From an uncultured delta proteobacterium (GTDB lineage Bacteria; Myxococcota; Kuafuiibacteriia; Kuafuiibacteriales; Kuafuiibacteriaceae): a DNA stretch of 64,000 nucleotides. Under the pieces are notes generated by a model, which worked only from the letters and a program-made list of their open reading frames with translations, was not told where the DNA came from and did not search any database. The stretch is from the NCBI GenBank assembly GCA_963803435.1, contig CAWDML010000001.1:352001-416000 (forward strand). The letters are read 5' to 3'. This document shows, piece after piece, positions 60,899-64,000 of the stretch (the stretch's first letter is position 1; every line of letters begins with the position of its first letter). Both the position numbers and the translations under genes were made by a program.

Positions 60899-61395
60899 CC
60901 ATCTCCGAGAGACAGGCGCTGCATCAGCACCTGCTGAATTCGTCCGGACGTGTCGGTCCAGCAGACACTGACGCTGATGAGGCGGGCGTCGTCGTTCTGG
61001 GTCAGCGACGGGGGGGGAGAGACGACGGTGTCGAGCCGGTAGCCCGCGAGACCGCCGGTGGTCCGGGCGGTCGGATCGCTCGGACCCATGTCGTCCACGT
61101 ACTGGGTGCACTCGTAGAGGTCAGGGCTGGTGCCGAGGTCGGGCATCATCGCTTCGCCGGTCGCGCGACAGCCGACCACGCCGCCGCACGTCGGGAGCGC
61201 CGCCGCCGGCGACGTCGCGAGACGCTCGAGGCGCTGCAGCGCGACCTGGGTCGCCGTCTCGCGCATGCGTGACGTGCCCACCCCGCGCGCCGAGCTGGTG
61301 AAGAGGTTGGCGACCCCGATGACCCCCATTCCGAGGATCACGCTCGTCACCATGACCTCGATCAGGGAGAAACCGCGGGAGTGTTGGCGGGCCAC
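60895..61395 (-). CDS. pilV: PilV-like minor pilin
   Basis: 'HSRG|FSLIEVMVTSVIL', 'A..RLERL', 'ISVSVCWTD'; GTG start inferred. Confidence 0.78.
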   Translation of the reverse strand: MARQHSRGFSLIEVMVTSVILGMGVIGVANLFTSSARGVGTSRMRETATQVALQRLERLATSPAAALPTCGGVVGCRATGEAMMPDLGTSPDLYECTQYVDDMGPSDPTARTTGGLAGYRLDTVVSPPPSLTQNDDARLISVSVCWTDTSGRIQQVLMQRLSLGDG

Positions 61396-61409
61396 GACCG
61401 AGGCTGGAG

Positions 61410-61425
61410 TGCAGGCCGAGTGCCA
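61410..61425 (-). promoter_or_regulatory. Putative sigma54 (-24/-12) promoter for the pil cluster
   Basis: Minus strand TGGCACTCGGCCTGCA has exact GG-N10-GC spacing. Confidence 0.6.
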
Positions 61426-61479
61426 CGCGTAGGCGGCCAGAACCAGGCACGGGGCACGCAGCCCGTTGCGTTCCGGTCG

Positions 61480-61511
61480 AGCAGCCCCTTGCGCGATCGC
61501 AAGGGGTTGCT
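61480..61511. promoter_or_regulatory. 14-bp inverted repeat, possible activator-binding site
   Basis: AGCAGCCCCTTGCG-cgat-CGCAAGGGGTTGCT, ~80-110 bp upstream of the predicted sigma54 start site. Confidence 0.4.
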
Positions 61512-61529
61512 CGGCGCTCACTCCCGTTT

Positions 61530-61547
61530 GCTGACAATCTTGTCAGC
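61530..61547. promoter_or_regulatory. Palindrome resembling a CusR/CopR-type response-regulator box
   Basis: GCTGACAA-TC-TTGTCAGC, 43 bp upstream of the RND adaptor gene. Confidence 0.55.
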
Positions 61548-61590
61548 GGGCCGTCAGGCGGATGTCGGCGGGAGCGGTTAGTTTGCCCGC

Positions 61591-62739
61591 ATGTCGGACA
61601 GGCGGCGCCCTCGAGGCGTGATCGCAGCCGCCGCGGTGGTGACGACGCTCGGCGTCCTGGGAGCCTCGCGGATCGTCCGCCGGGCCGACTCGGCGCCGGC
61701 GAAGGCGACCCGACCGGCGGTCCCCGTCTATGTGGAGACTGCGCGCACGCTCGACGTCCCCGCGGTGACTCGGGGGATCGGCACCGTCCAGTCGCTGCAC
61801 GACGTCACGATCCGGGCCCAGCTCGAGGGCGTGCTGGTCGAGGTCCTCTTCCGAGAGGGTCAAACGGTGAAGCGCGGCGATCTGCTGGCGCGCATCGACG
61901 ACCGTGCGATCGCGGCCGCGGCGGCGGAGGCCCGGGCCGAGAAGCGGAGAAACGAAGCCCAGCTGGCCGCGGCCAAGCTCGATCTGATCCGCTACTCCAA
62001 TCTCTGGAAGGAGGAGGCGATCGCGCGGCAGACCGTCGATCAACAGGCGGCGCTGGTCGCACAGCTGGAGGCGACGGTGGGCGCCAACGCCGCCGCGATC
62101 GCCGCTGCCGAGGCCCGGCTGTCCTACGCGCGCATCGTCTCCCCGGTCGACGGCCGTGTGGGATTGAGACGGATCGACGCCGGAAACGTGGTGCGGCCGA
62201 CGGATCCGGAGGGGCTGGTGAGCGTGACTCAGCTCGATCCGATCGCGGTGGTGTTCGCGCTTCCGCAGGAGGTCTTGCCCACCGTGCAGGCGCTCCTGCA
62301 TGGGCCGGAGCCTGCGCCGGTGATCGCCTACGACCGACCGTCGGGCGCCGCGCTCGCGCAGGGTCACCTGCAGATGATGGACAACCAGATCGATCGGACC
62401 ACGGGGACGATCCGTCTCAAGGCGGAGTTTCCCAACCCCGAGGAGAAGCTCTGGCCGGGCCAGTCGGTCTCGGTCGAGCTCCAGACCGGGTTCAGCGCAG
62501 GCGCGACGGTGGTCTCGCTGAAGGCGGTGCAGCGCGGTCGCACGGGCCCGTTCGTGTATCGAGTGATCGACGGGATCGCGAAGATGGTGCCGGTGCAGCT
62601 GGGGCCGGAGCACGGAGAGGTGGTGGTGATCCTCGAAGGTGTAGCGCCCGGCGACGTGGTGGTCCGCGACGGGCAGTCCCGCGTGATCCCGGGTGCCCCG
62701 GTGCAGGCGGTCAGCGCTTCAGAGGGTGGAGAGAGCTGA
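61591..62739 (+). CDS. RND efflux periplasmic adaptor (MdtA-like)
   Basis: 'GIGTVQ...FREGQTVKRGDLLARID', 'SPVDGRVGLRRIDAGN', 'DNQIDRTTGTIRLKAEFPN...LWPGQ'. Confidence 0.93.
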   Translation: MSDRRRPRGVIAAAAVVTTLGVLGASRIVRRADSAPAKATRPAVPVYVETARTLDVPAVTRGIGTVQSLHDVTIRAQLEGVLVEVLFREGQTVKRGDLLARIDDRAIAAAAAEARAEKRRNEAQLAAAKLDLIRYSNLWKEEAIARQTVDQQAALVAQLEATVGANAAAIAAAEARLSYARIVSPVDGRVGLRRIDAGNVVRPTDPEGLVSVTQLDPIAVVFALPQEVLPTVQALLHGPEPAPVIAYDRPSGAALAQGHLQMMDNQIDRTTGTIRLKAEFPNPEEKLWPGQSVSVELQTGFSAGATVVSLKAVQRGRTGPFVYRVIDGIAKMVPVQLGPEHGEVVVILEGVAPGDVVVRDGQSRVIPGAPVQAVSASEGGES

Positions 62740-62740
62740 G

Positions 62741-64000
62741 GTGAAGGAGACCCGCGCCGGCATCTCCGCCTGGTTCATCCATCACCCGGTGGCGACGATC
62801 CTGTTGACGGTCGGCGTCGTGCTGCTCGGTGTGTTCGCCTTCCCGCGGCTTCCGGTGGCGCCCCTTCCCCAGGCGGAGTTTCCGACGATCCAGATCAACG
62901 CGAGCCTGCCCGGCGCCAGCCCCGAGACGATGGCGTCGGCGATCGCCACTCCGCTCGAGGTCCAGCTGAGCGCTGTCCCCGGGATCAGCGAGATGACCTC
63001 GGTCAGCCTGCTCGGAGCCACCAGCATCACGCTTCAGTTCGTCCTGGAGAAGGACATCAACGCGGCGGCGCAGGAGGTGCAGTCGGCGATCAACGCCGTG
63101 GCGGGGCGCTTGCCCTCGGACATGCCGAGCCTGCCCGTCTGGAAGAAGGTGAACCCGGCCGACAGCCCGATCCTGCTGGTGAGCGTGGTGTCGGACGTGA
63201 TGACGATGACCGAGCTGAGCGACGTCGGTCGAGACCAAGCTGGCCCGCCAAATCAGCCAGCTCGATGGCGTGGCCGAGGTCAGCATCTTCGGCCAGCAGA
63301 AGCCGGCGCTGCGGGTACAGGCCTCGCCCGAGCGGCTGGCCGCCTACGGGCTCACGCTGGCCGACATCCGCGCGGCGGTCCAGGCCACCAGCGTCAACCA
63401 GGCGAAGGGTGCGCTCTTCGGACAGGGGCACGTCTCGACGCTGGCCACCAATGATCAGCTCTTCGACCCGAAGGATTACAATCGTTTGGTCGTCGCCTAC
63501 CGGAACGAAGCGCCGGTGCTGCTGGGGGACGTCGCCCGCGTGTCGCTGGGCGCTGAGAACGACTACGTCTACGCGTCGCAGAACGGGCGCCCGGGCCTGA
63601 TCGTGGTGATCCGCCGGCAGCCTGACGCCAACATCGTGGCCACCGCCGACCGCGTGCTCGAGGTGCTGCCGCGCCTCGCGAGCCAGCTGCCCGCGTCGGT
63701 CGAGGTCGAGGTCATGATCGATCGGACACGGACGATCCGCGCCTCGCTGCACGAGGTCGAGCTGACCTTGATGATCACGATCGTGCTGGTCGTATTGATC
63801 ATGGGCTTCTTCCTCCGCCAGATCTCGTCGACCCTGATCGTGGGCGGCTCGCTGGTGGTTGCGGTGATCGCGACGTTCGCCGCCATGTACGGGCTCGGCT
63901 TCAGCCTCAACAACCTCACCCTGGTGGCGCTGGTGATCGCCGTCGGGTTCGTCGTCGACGACGCGATCGTGGTGGTCGAGAACATCCACCGGCACCTCGA
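62741..64000 (+). CDS. RND efflux permease (MdtB/MdtC-like), +1 frameshift near 63228, runs off window end
   Basis: 'FIHHPVATILL', 'LPVAPLPQAEFPTI', 'PGASPETMAS', 'KVNPADSPI'; after the shift 'GQQKPALRVQ', 'RRQPDANIV', 'GFVVDDAIVVVENI'. Confidence 0.92.

Noticed and set aside
59369-61111. 580-aa apparent PilW-PilX fusion
   Set aside because: The PilW C-terminus and stop lie in another frame, overlapping the pilX ATG; a single-base insertion explains it.
6783-63300. Widespread pseudogenisation or programmed frameshifting
   Set aside because: Outside the IS region the breaks are mostly isolated +1 insertions in otherwise intact genes with no slippery heptamers, typical of long-read consensus error.

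Overview
GC-rich (visually ~70%) bacterial window with a clear Myxococcota-like signature: MYXO-CTERM proteins, an FHA-sigma54 activator, Cys-rich surface lipoproteins and a minor-pilin/PilY1 cluster. It carries ~45 genes: surface/secreted proteins, an sxtJ-sxtK(DUF5989)-carbamoyltransferase triplet, a PAS/GAF two-component pair, carA/carB, maiA, a TetR-linked ABC export operon, GtrA/GT2/kup, gltA, pilV-W-X-Y1 and the start of an MdtA/MdtB-type RND pump. At 26.4-29.6 kb two insertion elements are stacked at one CTAG site: an IS630, and an IS1182-type element with ~65-bp hexamer-containing inverted repeats carrying a four-helix-bundle passenger gene. About ten genes are broken by single-base insertions or substitutions, several exactly at GATC, which looks like long-read consensus error, possibly caused by cytosine methylation. 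Best novelty candidates: (1) a lipoprotein with four tandem cytochrome c domains fused to a PHM/DBH-type copper monooxygenase, coupled to a MYXO-CTERM protein; (2) the IS1182/four-helix-bundle element; (3) an MsrQ-like protein paired with a beta-propeller di-heme enzyme rather than MsrP; (4) a structured, terminator-ended intergenic RNA candidate; (5) a PilY1 with an inserted CUB-like domain. All family calls come from recognising motifs by eye; no searches were run.
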